Shown one piece after another: positions 37,202-46,443 of a stretch of 64,000 nt of DNA. Location: NCBI GenBank assembly GCA_964468545.1, contig CAYXTT010000001.1:1894-65893 (forward strand). The letters run 5' to 3'. Positions within the stretch are counted from its first letter, which is position 1. Each line of letters begins with the position of its first letter. The notes under the pieces were generated by a model. The model made no database searches, was not told where the DNA came from, and saw only the letters and a program-made list of their open reading frames with translations. Made by a program: the position numbers and the translations under genes. The DNA is from Candidatus Woesearchaeota archaeon. GTDB taxonomy: Archaea > Nanobdellota > Nanobdellia > Pacearchaeales > GW2011-AR1.

Positions 37202-39450
37202 AACAAACTACTCTTAGCCTCCGTCGCCTCCTCCGCCTTCAACCGACCAAGCTCCTCCTCGGAATAATTACAAACAATATACTTCGCCAAAATCGGATAC
37301 CTCTCCTTCAAAATCTCATAAATCCGATAAGCAATCTTCTTATACGAATCATGCGCCAACGGAATCGTCCTCAATTTAATCAAATGATAAAGCTCCCTCA
37401 AATTCATACTAATCAAAAACCTTTTCCTAAACCCCAACGGCAAAAGATACTGCGCCTGCCACGGATACTTCTCACGAACCTTATCGTAAACAACCTTCGC
37501 CCTTTCCATTGCAAGCCGATACTCAGTCTCAACTCCCGCAGCGACGATATCTTTCGGCACATCATAACCCAAATCCGCCGTAAAAATCGGACTCGTCTGG
37601 CTACAAATCCTATGCCTCTGCAAATCACGAAATGCCCCATAATCCATCACAATCTCAAAACTAAAATTCTCATGTTCCAACTCCCTCATCGGACAATCGA
37701 ATTCTCCCATCCTCCCAAGATAATTATCCAAAACTCTCTCCTTGTCCAAATCATCCATTAAAACAACATCACGAGCAACCTTCTCAAACGAACGATTATT
37801 AAACCTATACAAAATCGAAGAAACAATTTTATCCTCCGCATTCTCAGGAACCGCAACCAACTTCACTCTCTCCCCATCAAAATCATTATCAATAAAATCG
37901 TAGCTCTGCATATTTTTCTGCGTATCACAAAAATAATCCTTTCTATCAGCAAACTCCAACAGCGACGGCAAAACCTTCCGACCCTCAATTTTCAACATCT
38001 CACCAATCTCATTCATCTCTTTCAACGGATGGGATAAAAGCTTTGAAATACCATAAGACAATTGCCGAGCATTAACCGTCCACCCAAGACTCGTCTTCGT
38101 GCAAGTCGGAAGCAAATAACGAATCGCGTCGAACCGTCGCGAACCACACGCCCTTTCCCAAGCCACTCTCGAATCCCCATCCTTCAAAGGAACCAACCCC
38201 TTAACATACTCCAAAACCGGCTCATGCAATCTCTCATAAGTTTCAAAAAGATAATCTAACATCTCATTAATCTCGTCGACAAACTCAGAATTCCTCAAAA
38301 CCTCGTCAACATAAAACGAACTCCGACTAAACGAAACATACCTAGTCGACTTCTCACAAAAAGAACTCAACCGATTATCCTCGATAACTTTCGTCGCCAA
38401 AATACTAATCCCCTCAAGCCCAAGTCCAACCACCGCACCCTCGGCAATAGAACTGTGCCCATAACCAAGAACCCATTTCTCCATAAACCGAATCGCACTC
38501 TCGCTCGCGTGCTTCGTAACCTCGCCAACATTCGCCCGCTTTAACTCCTTAATCAACAAATTAAAATTACTCTCATCCTCCCTCAACAAACTCAAAAACC
38601 CTTCACGCAAACCTTCCTGCGACCGGCTATATCTCGCCTGCATCAACGCCCAAACCTCCGGATGAAAATTCTTCGCCGCAAAAATCGGACCATCAAGATT
38701 CGTAAAAAAATAATCTAAAACCAACCTCTCATCCGAACTATAACTCAAAACATCGCTCAATTTTTCCCAAATTTCCCCGTGAATTTCCTCCGGCGTTTTC
38801 AGCGACGCCATCGTCCCGTCCGGCGCACAATTAATCATAACCCAACCATACAACTTCGCCAAATGCAAATACGACTCCTCCGCATTCCTCATATGATCCT
38901 CATTCCCCTCATGCCCATCCAACTTCTCCGCCCCCGGATGAAACTCCGACTTCCTCTCGCGCGTCCTCATTAACTCCCGTCCAACCTCATACGGCATATA
39001 CAAAAACACAACAGCGTCAGGCTTCGGCAACTTGAAATTCCCATACTCCAACTCCCGCAACCACTCAAAAAACTTCTCTCTCTCAACCCTGTCTCGAATC
39101 TTCCCACCCTGATGTCCCATGTTCGATTCAACATACCTGTCCAAAATCGTCACATTCCCCTTATCTAACTCATCCTTAACAAACTCCTTCGACGCACTCC
39201 TATCTTCCGCATAAAAAATCGACGCAACCTTCGCCGGAATTTCATTCGCCGGTCCAAACTCCCCATCAAGATACCTCCTCACTATCTTCCCCGTCGGCGT
39301 CGAATAATTCGGAAAATCCAAAGTCACAACCCCACGATTCATCAACTTCAACTTCTCAATCAACAAATTAATCTGCGTCGACTTCCCCGAACAATCCGTC
39401 CCCTCAAAAACAACCAACTTCCCCTTTCTCATAAAAAACCAAACATCCAA
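37198..39450 (-). CDS. thyX: Fusion of thymidylate kinase (N-terminal, about 210 aa) with a tandem-duplicated flavin-dependent thymidylate synthase ThyX (C-terminal, about 540 aa).
   Basis: Tmk P-loop VVFEGTDCSGKSTQ. ThyX unit 1 has GHSSIAEGAVV...RLSSFCEKSTRYVSF, with RHR degenerated. ThyX unit 2 has FRDLQRHRICSQTSP, the RHRx7S signature. Confidence 0.75.
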   Translation of the reverse strand: MDVWFFMRKGKLVVFEGTDCSGKSTQINLLIEKLKLMNRGVVTLDFPNYSTPTGKIVRRYLDGEFGPANEIPAKVASIFYAEDRSASKEFVKDELDKGNVTILDRYVESNMGHQGGKIRDRVEREKFFEWLRELEYGNFKLPKPDAVVFLYMPYEVGRELMRTRERKSEFHPGAEKLDGHEGNEDHMRNAEESYLHLAKLYGWVMINCAPDGTMASLKTPEEIHGEIWEKLSDVLSYSSDERLVLDYFFTNLDGPIFAAKNFHPEVWALMQARYSRSQEGLREGFLSLLREDESNFNLLIKELKRANVGEVTKHASESAIRFMEKWVLGYGHSSIAEGAVVGLGLEGISILATKVIEDNRLSSFCEKSTRYVSFSRSSFYVDEVLRNSEFVDEINEMLDYLFETYERLHEPVLEYVKGLVPLKDGDSRVAWERACGSRRFDAIRYLLPTCTKTSLGWTVNARQLSYGISKLLSHPLKEMNEIGEMLKIEGRKVLPSLLEFADRKDYFCDTQKNMQSYDFIDNDFDGERVKLVAVPENAEDKIVSSILYRFNNRSFEKVARDVVLMDDLDKERVLDNYLGRMGEFDCPMRELEHENFSFEIVMDYGAFRDLQRHRICSQTSPIFTADLGYDVPKDIVAAGVETEYRLAMERAKVVYDKVREKYPWQAQYLLPLGFRKRFLISMNLRELYHLIKLRTIPLAHDSYKKIAYRIYEILKERYPILAKYIVCNYSEEELGRLKAEEATEAKSSLL

Positions 39451-39588
39451 ACCTTAATAAAAAAATATATACTCCAATATATATATCATAAAAAACAACA
39501 ACTTAATATAATAAATTATACAACAAACACTCAAAAAATAATACTCCATCACACAAAAACATATAAACTAAAAACATTAGACATCCCA

Positions 39589-39879
39589 ATGGCAAAAAAA
39601 AGAATAATATTTAAAACATACGTAGGAAGAAGAGAACTCGAATGCTGTACACTAAGTGGAGACACTACTTCTGAAGAACTTAAGAAAGGATTGGGAGCAA
39701 AATTACAAAATGTAGTTTGGGGGGAAGCCACCCCAAAAAATTTTTTCAGCGATAGAGAAACTGAACTTAATAAAGCTCTATCTCAATATTTAGCCCATTC
39801 AGAATATGCCACATCCCGAGAAAAAGATTTTAGAGGAAACTATAAAGTTGTAATAAAAGTTAACAATATAAAAAAATAA
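39589..39879 (+). CDS. Small hypothetical protein.
   Basis: 96 aa, the only + strand gene in this stretch. It has an AT-rich promoter region upstream. Confidence 0.4.
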   Translation: MAKKRIIFKTYVGRRELECCTLSGDTTSEELKKGLGAKLQNVVWGEATPKNFFSDRETELNKALSQYLAHSEYATSREKDFRGNYKVVIKVNNIKK

Positions 39880-39881
39880 CT

Positions 39882-40697
39882 CTACAAACACTCAAAAATA
39901 TTACACGCACTACAAACACTCCCACTCGCCGGCTCCCCACACTTCTCACACTTCCCCAACTCTCTTTCATCAACACTCAAATTCAAATTCAAAAATTCTT
40001 CAACAATTTTCAACTTCTCAGCGTCGCTAATCACCTTCATCCAATCCCGAGTCTCAACCCGATAAGTCCCAAACGCACACGGACACTTATTATACAAAAT
40101 ATCAAACTTCTTCATCTTAGCAAACTTCCTAATCTCCGACTCCGGCACAAAAAACAACGGCTTAACTCGTTGCACAAATCCACTGACACCTGACACCTGA
40201 CACCTGACACCTGTTTTTGGCGCACTCCTCGCGCCCAAAAACAAATTGCCTTTCAAGAAATTCATCAAAACATTCTGACATTCATCGTCGAGATTATGCC
40301 CCGTCACCAACTTATCAGCCCCGAGCTTCCGAGCCCACCGATTCAAAACCCACCGCTTCACCGTCCCACAAACCGAACACCCAGTCAACCCTTTCTTCTT
40401 TTTCAAAACCGCCTTAATAAAACAAATTCCCTGCCCCAACTCCGCCTTCAAATCAACAATCGTCAACCGAACCCCAATCTCCCCACAAAATTTCTCCATA
40501 TTCTTATTATGAACCCTAGACCACTCGCCAAGTCCCAAGTCAATCATCAACCCAGAAACATCGTAACCCAACTTCTTCAAAATATACAACACCGACGTCG
40601 AATCCTTCCCACCCGACAACGCCACAACAACTTTGTCCGACTTTTCCAACAACTCATACTTCCCAATCGTCTCCACAACTTTCTTTTCAACATCCAT
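39882..40697 (-). CDS. PP-loop ATPase of the TtcA/TtuA/NcsA tRNA-thiolation family. It carries an in-frame repeat insertion.
   Basis: PP-loop SGGKDS, then CSVCG and a C-terminal CEKCG...CSAC. The insertion encodes LFLGARSAPKTGVRCQVSGVSG. Confidence 0.7.
   Translation of the reverse strand: MDVEKKVVETIGKYELLEKSDKVVVALSGGKDSTSVLYILKKLGYDVSGLMIDLGLGEWSRVHNKNMEKFCGEIGVRLTIVDLKAELGQGICFIKAVLKKKKGLTGCSVCGTVKRWVLNRWARKLGADKLVTGHNLDDECQNVLMNFLKGNLFLGARSAPKTGVRCQVSGVSGFVQRVKPLFFVPESEIRKFAKMKKFDILYNKCPCAFGTYRVETRDWMKVISDAEKLKIVEEFLNLNLSVDERELGKCEKCGEPASGSVCSACNIFECL
40183..40243 (+). repeat. (GACACCT)x4 tandem heptamer plus the imperfect hairpin TGTTTTTGGCGC-actcct-CGCGCCCAAAAACA, in-frame inside the PP-loop ATPase gene.
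   Basis: Seen in the sequence. It uses the same heptamer as the nfo insertion at 4939-4960. Confidence 0.8.
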
Positions 40698-40747
40698 ATG
40701 GACTTAAAATCCAAAACATTTATAAAGAATTCCTATTTAAAAAATTC

Positions 40748-41716
40748 ATGGCAGAAAAAAAGGAGAACGAACTTTCTAAATCATTCAAAAAACTTTCAAA
40801 AAACTATTGGGCAATCTCAACGATAATACTAGCAGCACTCTTGGTAATAGTATTGTTAACAGGAAACGGAACAACAGTAAGCGCAAACGAAGCCGGACAA
40901 AAAATGTTAAACTTCGCACTCGAACAATATCCAAACACAACATTAGTATCTGTAAACAACAGCGGAGAATTCTACGAAGTAGTCCTTTTAATTAACGGAC
41001 AAGAAGTCCCGGTTCAAGTTACAAAAGACGGAGAAAATTTAATCCCGCAATTAATCCCACTAACAGCAAGAGCAACTCAAGATACTACAACAGAACAACC
41101 GGCTCAAACCGAAGTTCCAAAATCAGACAGACCCGTCGTCGAATTATATGTATTTACCTATTGCCCTTACGGGACACAATCCGAAAAAGGTATAATCCCA
41201 GTAGTAAACCTATTAGGGGATAAAATCGATTTCAGATTAAGACAAATCGGCGCAATGCACGGCGAACATGAAAAAATCGAGGCCGAAAGACAATTATGTA
41301 TAGAACAAGAACAGCCAGACAAATTACTAAACTACGTCCTTGATTTCGCACAAAACGAAGCAATCGGAAAATGCAGTAGCGATACAACATGCTCAGATCC
41401 ATTAGTAAACACACTATTCACAAAATTAGGAATCAATAAAGCAAAAATAGAATCCTGTATAAAAACCGACGGGGAAACTTTATACACCGCAGAAGAAGCA
41501 AATTCAAAAAATAAAGGTGTCGGTGGCTCTCCAACATTAATCATTAACGGAGTAAATACGCAATCCGGAAGAGATTCCGCAAGTTACCTCGCAACAATCT
41601 GTAACGCTTTCGCCGAAGCACCAGAAGAATGTAACGAAGAATTAAGTTCGGCAAGTCCAACTCCAGGATTCGGAGCCAGCACTTCAACCGCATCAAGTAC
41701 CGGCGCTCAATGTTAA
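40748..41716 (+). CDS. Membrane-anchored thioredoxin-fold protein (DsbA-like thiol:disulfide oxidoreductase).
   Basis: An N-terminal transmembrane helix, the CxxC motif FTYCPYG and cis-Pro GSPTLIING. It has a Ser/Thr-rich C-terminal tail. Confidence 0.6.
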   Translation: MAEKKENELSKSFKKLSKNYWAISTIILAALLVIVLLTGNGTTVSANEAGQKMLNFALEQYPNTTLVSVNNSGEFYEVVLLINGQEVPVQVTKDGENLIPQLIPLTARATQDTTTEQPAQTEVPKSDRPVVELYVFTYCPYGTQSEKGIIPVVNLLGDKIDFRLRQIGAMHGEHEKIEAERQLCIEQEQPDKLLNYVLDFAQNEAIGKCSSDTTCSDPLVNTLFTKLGINKAKIESCIKTDGETLYTAEEANSKNKGVGGSPTLIINGVNTQSGRDSASYLATICNAFAEAPEECNEELSSASPTPGFGASTSTASSTGAQC

Positions 41717-41740
41717 TAAAATAATTCTCAAAAGCAAAAC

Positions 41741-42718
41741 CTAAATATTTTTATTAACTTGCCCCTCTATCCAAGCATAAGTTTTTTCCATCCCTTTTCT
41801 AAGTGGATAATTTGGCGACCACCCGAGTTTTTCTTTAATCAAAGAATTCTCAGAATTCCTCCCCCTAACACCCAACGGCCCATCAATATGTTTAAGCGAA
41901 ATTTCCTTCCCCGCAATATCTGCCGCCATCAAAGCTAAATCATTTATACTAACCATCTCCTCAGAACCAATATTAACAGGCCCAACAAAATCCGAATCCA
42001 TCAACCTTCTTACACCCTCCAAACATTCATCAATATACAAAAACGACCTCGTCTGCTTACCATCCCCCCAAACCTCAATTTCTCCTCCCTCACTCGGCAA
42101 ATAAGCAACCTTCCTACACATCGCAGCCGGCGCTTTTTCGCGTCCACCATCATAAGTCCCCTCGGACCCAAAAATATTATGAAACCTCGCAATCCTAACA
42201 GGAACACCTCTATTCCTCATCATCGCCAAATAAACCCTCTCACTAAAAAGTTTCTCAAACCCATAATCACTATCAGGATTAGCCGGATAAGCCATCTCTT
42301 CCCTGAGCCCAATATTAGCAGGATCTCCCTGAATCTCCTGCGGATAAACACAAGCCGACGACGAATAAAACAATTTTCCAAACTTATCACTTAAACTAGA
42401 AAAATTTAAATTAATCTGTCCAGAATTATGCATTATATCAAAATCATGTTCCCTTGTAAAAACAAATCCTGCGCCTCCCATATCCGCCGCCAACTGATAA
42501 ACTTCATCAACTCCTCCCTCTAACGCACGACGACAATTTGCCTTATAACGCAAATCAGCAACAATAAACTCATCTGCACGAGTATGAGAAAACTCAGACT
42601 TCTTCAAATCAACTCCCCGAACAAAATACTTTTCATCCTTAAGTCGATTAACAAGATGACTCCCAATAAAACCCCCAGCCCCACAAACAAGCGCACTTTT
42701 TACCATAAGATAAAACAC
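41741..42718 (-). CDS. NAD-dependent epimerase/dehydratase of the extended SDR family (UDP-sugar 4-epimerase or decarboxylase type).
   Basis: Rossmann motif CGAGGFIGSHL and catalytic YSSSACVYP...K. Confidence 0.85.
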   Translation of the reverse strand: MFYLMVKSALVCGAGGFIGSHLVNRLKDEKYFVRGVDLKKSEFSHTRADEFIVADLRYKANCRRALEGGVDEVYQLAADMGGAGFVFTREHDFDIMHNSGQINLNFSSLSDKFGKLFYSSSACVYPQEIQGDPANIGLREEMAYPANPDSDYGFEKLFSERVYLAMMRNRGVPVRIARFHNIFGSEGTYDGGREKAPAAMCRKVAYLPSEGGEIEVWGDGKQTRSFLYIDECLEGVRRLMDSDFVGPVNIGSEEMVSINDLALMAADIAGKEISLKHIDGPLGVRGRNSENSLIKEKLGWSPNYPLRKGMEKTYAWIEGQVNKNI

Positions 42719-42745
42719 AAAATAGGATTTATAAAAATTTATATC

Positions 42746-43948
42746 TTACACAACGACCTTATCCAAATACCCAACCTCGTCCTCGCTCAACTTCAATTCT
42801 TTTCTAATCGTCTCATTCCCCAATATAATTCTCAACAACAAAAAATCCCGCATCGCCGTCTTCGTAGAAATATGAACCAACTTCGCATACTTCTGACAAA
42901 TCGATTTCTTTTTCGCCGACCTCTGATTCTGCAACCAAATTTTCAAAATCCTCGACGGCTTCTTATAACTCGTCCACCCAACCCTGTCATAATTCTTCAC
43001 CCCAGCAATCCCCGCCCCCAGCAAAAAATATTCATAAACCATAAATCTCCAATGCCTCTGACGACGAATCCGCCCGCGAAAAACATCCGCCAAACTCAAC
43101 GCCCGAATCGCCCGACACAATTCCTCACCCTTGTACGCAATCGGCAAATTCTCCTCAACCCACAAAAATACATCATCAATCGGCATCCCAACCTCGTCGT
43201 AAATCCTCAACATCTCGTCGTCAATTTTCGCACTCTGAAAAACATGTTGCAACGCGCCAAAAATCGACTGCTCCCTATTCCTTTCCCCAACCTCCCGCGC
43301 CAACTCCGGCGAATCCATCCTCGCCAAAATCTGCAAATCATTCAACGCTGCCCGAATATCCCCCCGCGCCCGAATCGCAATCGAAGTCAAAACCTCCGAC
43401 GACACAACACAATTCTCCTTCTCGCAAACATTCTTTAAAACCCCCAACACAACCTTATAATCAACTTCCTTCAACACCACCAACTCCGCCTTCTTTCTCA
43501 ACAAACTAAACTTCTTATCCCAAATATCATTCGCCGTCACAATCACCGGAAACGCCGACCTCTCCAACAAAACCAACAGCTCGCCAAGCCCGCCCCTATC
43601 CTTCACCGCCGCAATCCCATCAACCTCATCAACCAAAATAATTTTCCCCTTCCCAAACAAACTCTTCTGCCTCGACGCTGGTCCAATAATTTCATAAATC
43701 TTTTCCTTATTCCTCAAATCCGACGCATTCAACTCCAAAATTTCAGCATCCATCTCAAACGCAATCGCATAAGCCAAAGACGTTTTGCCAACCCCAGCCG
43801 GCCCATGCAAAACCACTGCCCTCTTCCTCGGAAAACTTTTCAAAAAAACCTTAATCCTATCAATCGCCAAGTCCTGCCCCCGCACATCAGCAAAACATTT
43901 AGCCCGATACTTCTCACACCACGGAATATTCTCCTTATTTATCATCAT
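42746..43948 (-). CDS. rfcL: Replication factor C large subunit.
   Basis: IPWCEKYRAKCFADVRGQ, Walker A GPAGVGKTS and DEVD. Confidence 0.85.
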   Translation of the reverse strand: MMINKENIPWCEKYRAKCFADVRGQDLAIDRIKVFLKSFPRKRAVVLHGPAGVGKTSLAYAIAFEMDAEILELNASDLRNKEKIYEIIGPASRQKSLFGKGKIILVDEVDGIAAVKDRGGLGELLVLLERSAFPVIVTANDIWDKKFSLLRKKAELVVLKEVDYKVVLGVLKNVCEKENCVVSSEVLTSIAIRARGDIRAALNDLQILARMDSPELAREVGERNREQSIFGALQHVFQSAKIDDEMLRIYDEVGMPIDDVFLWVEENLPIAYKGEELCRAIRALSLADVFRGRIRRQRHWRFMVYEYFLLGAGIAGVKNYDRVGWTSYKKPSRILKIWLQNQRSAKKKSICQKYAKLVHISTKTAMRDFLLLRIILGNETIRKELKLSEDEVGYLDKVVV

Positions 43949-44514
43949 TCAAAATCCTCCAATCTCAACTTAACAAAACGAGAACAAACATCCAATAAAT
44001 GATTACTTAAAGAAAACGGGCTCCCTCTCTTCTTATCAAAATAGGTATACAAAATAATTTCAATTCCATCTTTCTCCTGAACCTCTCTAACAATAGGAGC
44101 AAAATCCGAATCTGAAGAAACCAAAATAATTTTTTTCACTTCGGGAAAATCCAACTTCAACCTAGCTAAATCAAAAACAACCCAAGAATCAACACCCTTC
44201 TGAGAATACTTATAATCTCCATCAACCTTCAACCTCTGACACCTACCCTCCTGCACAGTTATCCACTTCTTATAACCAAATAAAGAAACCAACTTATCAT
44301 ACTCCCTCCTCAAAAAATCCTCTTTCCTCGTCGGAACCTTACTCTGATAAGGAGGAGCTGTGCAAAAAAACAAATGCTTCAATTTAAAATTTTCATTCTC
44401 ACAAATATTCCTAAACGACTTCAACAACTTCACTCTCTTATTATTTTTTTCCCGAAATTCTCTTTTTACCAACTTATAGAAACCATCATCAATAATAACT
44501 ACGCAATCCTCCAT
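43945..44514 (-). CDS. NYN-domain (LabA/PIN-like) putative ribonuclease. It is inserted between the rfc genes.
   Basis: VVIIDDGF...ILVSSDSDFAPIVREVQEKDGIEIIL matches the NYN pattern. Its stop overlaps the rfcL ATG (ATGA). Confidence 0.7.
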   Translation of the reverse strand: MEDCVVIIDDGFYKLVKREFREKNNKRVKLLKSFRNICENENFKLKHLFFCTAPPYQSKVPTRKEDFLRREYDKLVSLFGYKKWITVQEGRCQRLKVDGDYKYSQKGVDSWVVFDLARLKLDFPEVKKIILVSSDSDFAPIVREVQEKDGIEIILYTYFDKKRGSPFSLSNHLLDVCSRFVKLRLEDFE

Positions 44515-44622
44515 CTAAAAACCCCCCAACAAACATAAGAAAAAAAACATCTGGCAACCCGAAGATCACCAGGGAATATACTCCTAATATTACTACTAGT
44601 AACACAGCAAACATCTTCACCT

Positions 44623-44763
44623 TTATAAATTTTCCTGTCCATTAAACATCCTCCGCAAAAAAATCTTAACCTTGTCAACCGCCAAATCCTGTCCACGCAC
44701 ATCCGCAAAACAACCCGCCCGATATTTCTCACACCACGGCACATTATCCATATTCATCATCAT
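44623..44763 (-). pseudogene. Truncated duplicate of the rfcL 5' end (MMMNMDNVPWCEKYRAGCFADVRGQDLAVDKVKIFLRRMFNGQENL*).
   Basis: About 80% nucleotide identity to 43860-43948. It ends in a stop after 46 codons. It keeps the ancestral ATGA overlap with the upstream gene's stop. Confidence 0.55.
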
Positions 44764-45101
44764 ATCTTCTCCAGCCCGTCAAAATGAACCAACCTATCAT
44801 TTAAATCATAAACTTCAACAACCTCAAAACCTCCCTTCGTCCAAACATCGCCATCCTTCAAAAAATGCATCGCCTCAATAATCTTAACACTCGCCAAAGT
44901 CTTCGATAAAACACCGCCACCCTTCGTCTCCCTCAACGGAATTTCTCCAAAAAACCAATAATGCTTTTGTCCTAACTTTAAAAAACCATATCTCTTCCCA
45001 ACTTCCAATTTCTCAGGCAAACACTCATTAATCCCTCGTCCCTCAGTTCCAAACTTCCTCAATGCTAAATCCGGACAATACTCAACAACAATTCCCATCA
45101 C
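44760..45101 (-). CDS. Hypothetical protein encoded between rfcS and rfcL.
   Basis: 113 aa. Translationally coupled, with 4-nt overlaps to rfcS and to the rfcL fragment. Confidence 0.45.
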   Translation of the reverse strand: MMGIVVEYCPDLALRKFGTEGRGINECLPEKLEVGKRYGFLKLGQKHYWFFGEIPLRETKGGGVLSKTLASVKIIEAMHFLKDGDVWTKGGFEVVEVYDLNDRLVHFDGLEKI

Positions 45102-46099
45102 TCACCCTCCTCCTTTGTTCCACAAACACAACCCTCCCCCGCCAAAATAAAACTCGCAATCAAACTCTCAAGTTGAATAAATTCGTCCGCACCCTCGACC
45201 AAACGAAACTCCGCCTCACCCGTCTTCTCAGTCAACCTCACCTTCAACGCATTATCAATCGGCAAATTCCAAACCTCCTTCTGAATCGCCTTAATCACAT
45301 CCTGCCCCGAAATCGATTCCTTCAACATAATATCCAACAACTTATCCCGCGAACTCACAAAATCCCCCGACAAAGCATAATCCAAAACAACCTTGATATC
45401 CGATGGCTTCGCCTTCGAAACAATCGTATTCACCAAATCCGGAGTAATGTTCGGCGAAATCGAAGCAGTCGCCTGTAACAAATTAATCACCCGACGACAA
45501 TCCCCCTCGCTCGCTTCATACAACGCATCAAACGCACCAGCCGAAATCGACAGCCCCTCGCTCTCCGCAATCAAATCAATCCTCTTCTTAATGTCCTTCT
45601 TCTCCAACAACTGAAACCTAAACACAACCGCCCTCGACTGAATCGGATCCAAAATCTTCGACGAATAATTACAACTCATTACAAACCGGCAAGTCGAAGT
45701 AAAATTCTCCATCGTCCTCCTCAAAGCTTGCTGCGCCTCTCTCGTCAACGCATCCGCCTCATCCAAAAAAATAACCTTAAACGGCACATTCCCCAATGCC
45801 TTCGTCCTCGCGAAATCCTTAACCTTCTGCCGCACAACATCAATCCCCCGCTCGTCCGACGCATTCAACTCCAAATAATTCTCACGCCAACTCTCACCAA
45901 AAAGTGTCTTCACAATTATCAAAGCCAAAGTCGACTTCCCCGTCCCCGCCGGCCCCGCAAAAAGCAAATGAGGAATATTCATAGAATTCACCAACGCCCG
46001 CACCCTCTTGATAATCTCCTCCTGCCCAACCATGTCATCAAAACGCCGCGGCCGATATTTCTCCGTCCACACCTCAGACCCATAATGCTCCATCAACAA
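45098..46099 (-). CDS. rfcS: Replication factor C small subunit.
   Basis: EKYRPRRFDDMVGQ, GPAGTGKST, DEADAL and the SRC motif region. Confidence 0.9.
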   Translation of the reverse strand: MLMEHYGSEVWTEKYRPRRFDDMVGQEEIIKRVRALVNSMNIPHLLFAGPAGTGKSTLALIIVKTLFGESWRENYLELNASDERGIDVVRQKVKDFARTKALGNVPFKVIFLDEADALTREAQQALRRTMENFTSTCRFVMSCNYSSKILDPIQSRAVVFRFQLLEKKDIKKRIDLIAESEGLSISAGAFDALYEASEGDCRRVINLLQATASISPNITPDLVNTIVSKAKPSDIKVVLDYALSGDFVSSRDKLLDIMLKESISGQDVIKAIQKEVWNLPIDNALKVRLTEKTGEAEFRLVEGADEFIQLESLIASFILAGEGCVCGTKEEGE

Positions 46100-46144
46100 A
46101 AACCTAAAACCAACTTTATAAGGATTATTGTAATCAAAACGAAA

Positions 46145-46216
46145 CTACTTATTCCTCTTCAACTTCCTCTTCCTCTTTTCCTTCTTTAACCTCTTCCTCT
46201 GCCACTTCCATCTCAT
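46145..46216 (-). CDS. rpl41e: Ribosomal protein L41e (23 aa: MRWKWQRKRLKKEKRKRKLKRNK). It may extend to an upstream ATG at 46255.
   Basis: Close match to the eL41 consensus MRxKWRKKRMRRLKRKRRKMR. It is not in the ORF track because it is shorter than 60 aa. Confidence 0.5.
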   Translation of the reverse strand: MRWKWQRKRLKKEKRKRKLKRNK

Positions 46217-46316
46217 CTGACCTTTCTTCTTCCAACGTCGCGAACTTCTCTTCATCTTAATAATTCCAAATCTCCGTTTATAAAGTTTTTTAAAGTTAAA
46301 CCCCATCACAAAACAA

Positions 46317-46389
46317 AGCCCTGTAGTCTAGTGGTCAAGGATACGAGACTCTGGCTCTCGTGACCGCGGTTCGAATCCGCGCGGGGCTA
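46317..46389 (+). tRNA. tRNA-Gln (anticodon CTG).
   Basis: Anticodon stem CGAGA/TCTCG with loop CTCTGGC. T-arm CGCGG-TTCGAAT-CCGCG. Acceptor AGCCCTG/CGGGGCT. Confidence 0.7.
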
Positions 46390-46443
46390 TAAAATAACAA
46401 CGCGAAGCGCAAAACTTTATAACTCAAAAAATCATAAATAATC

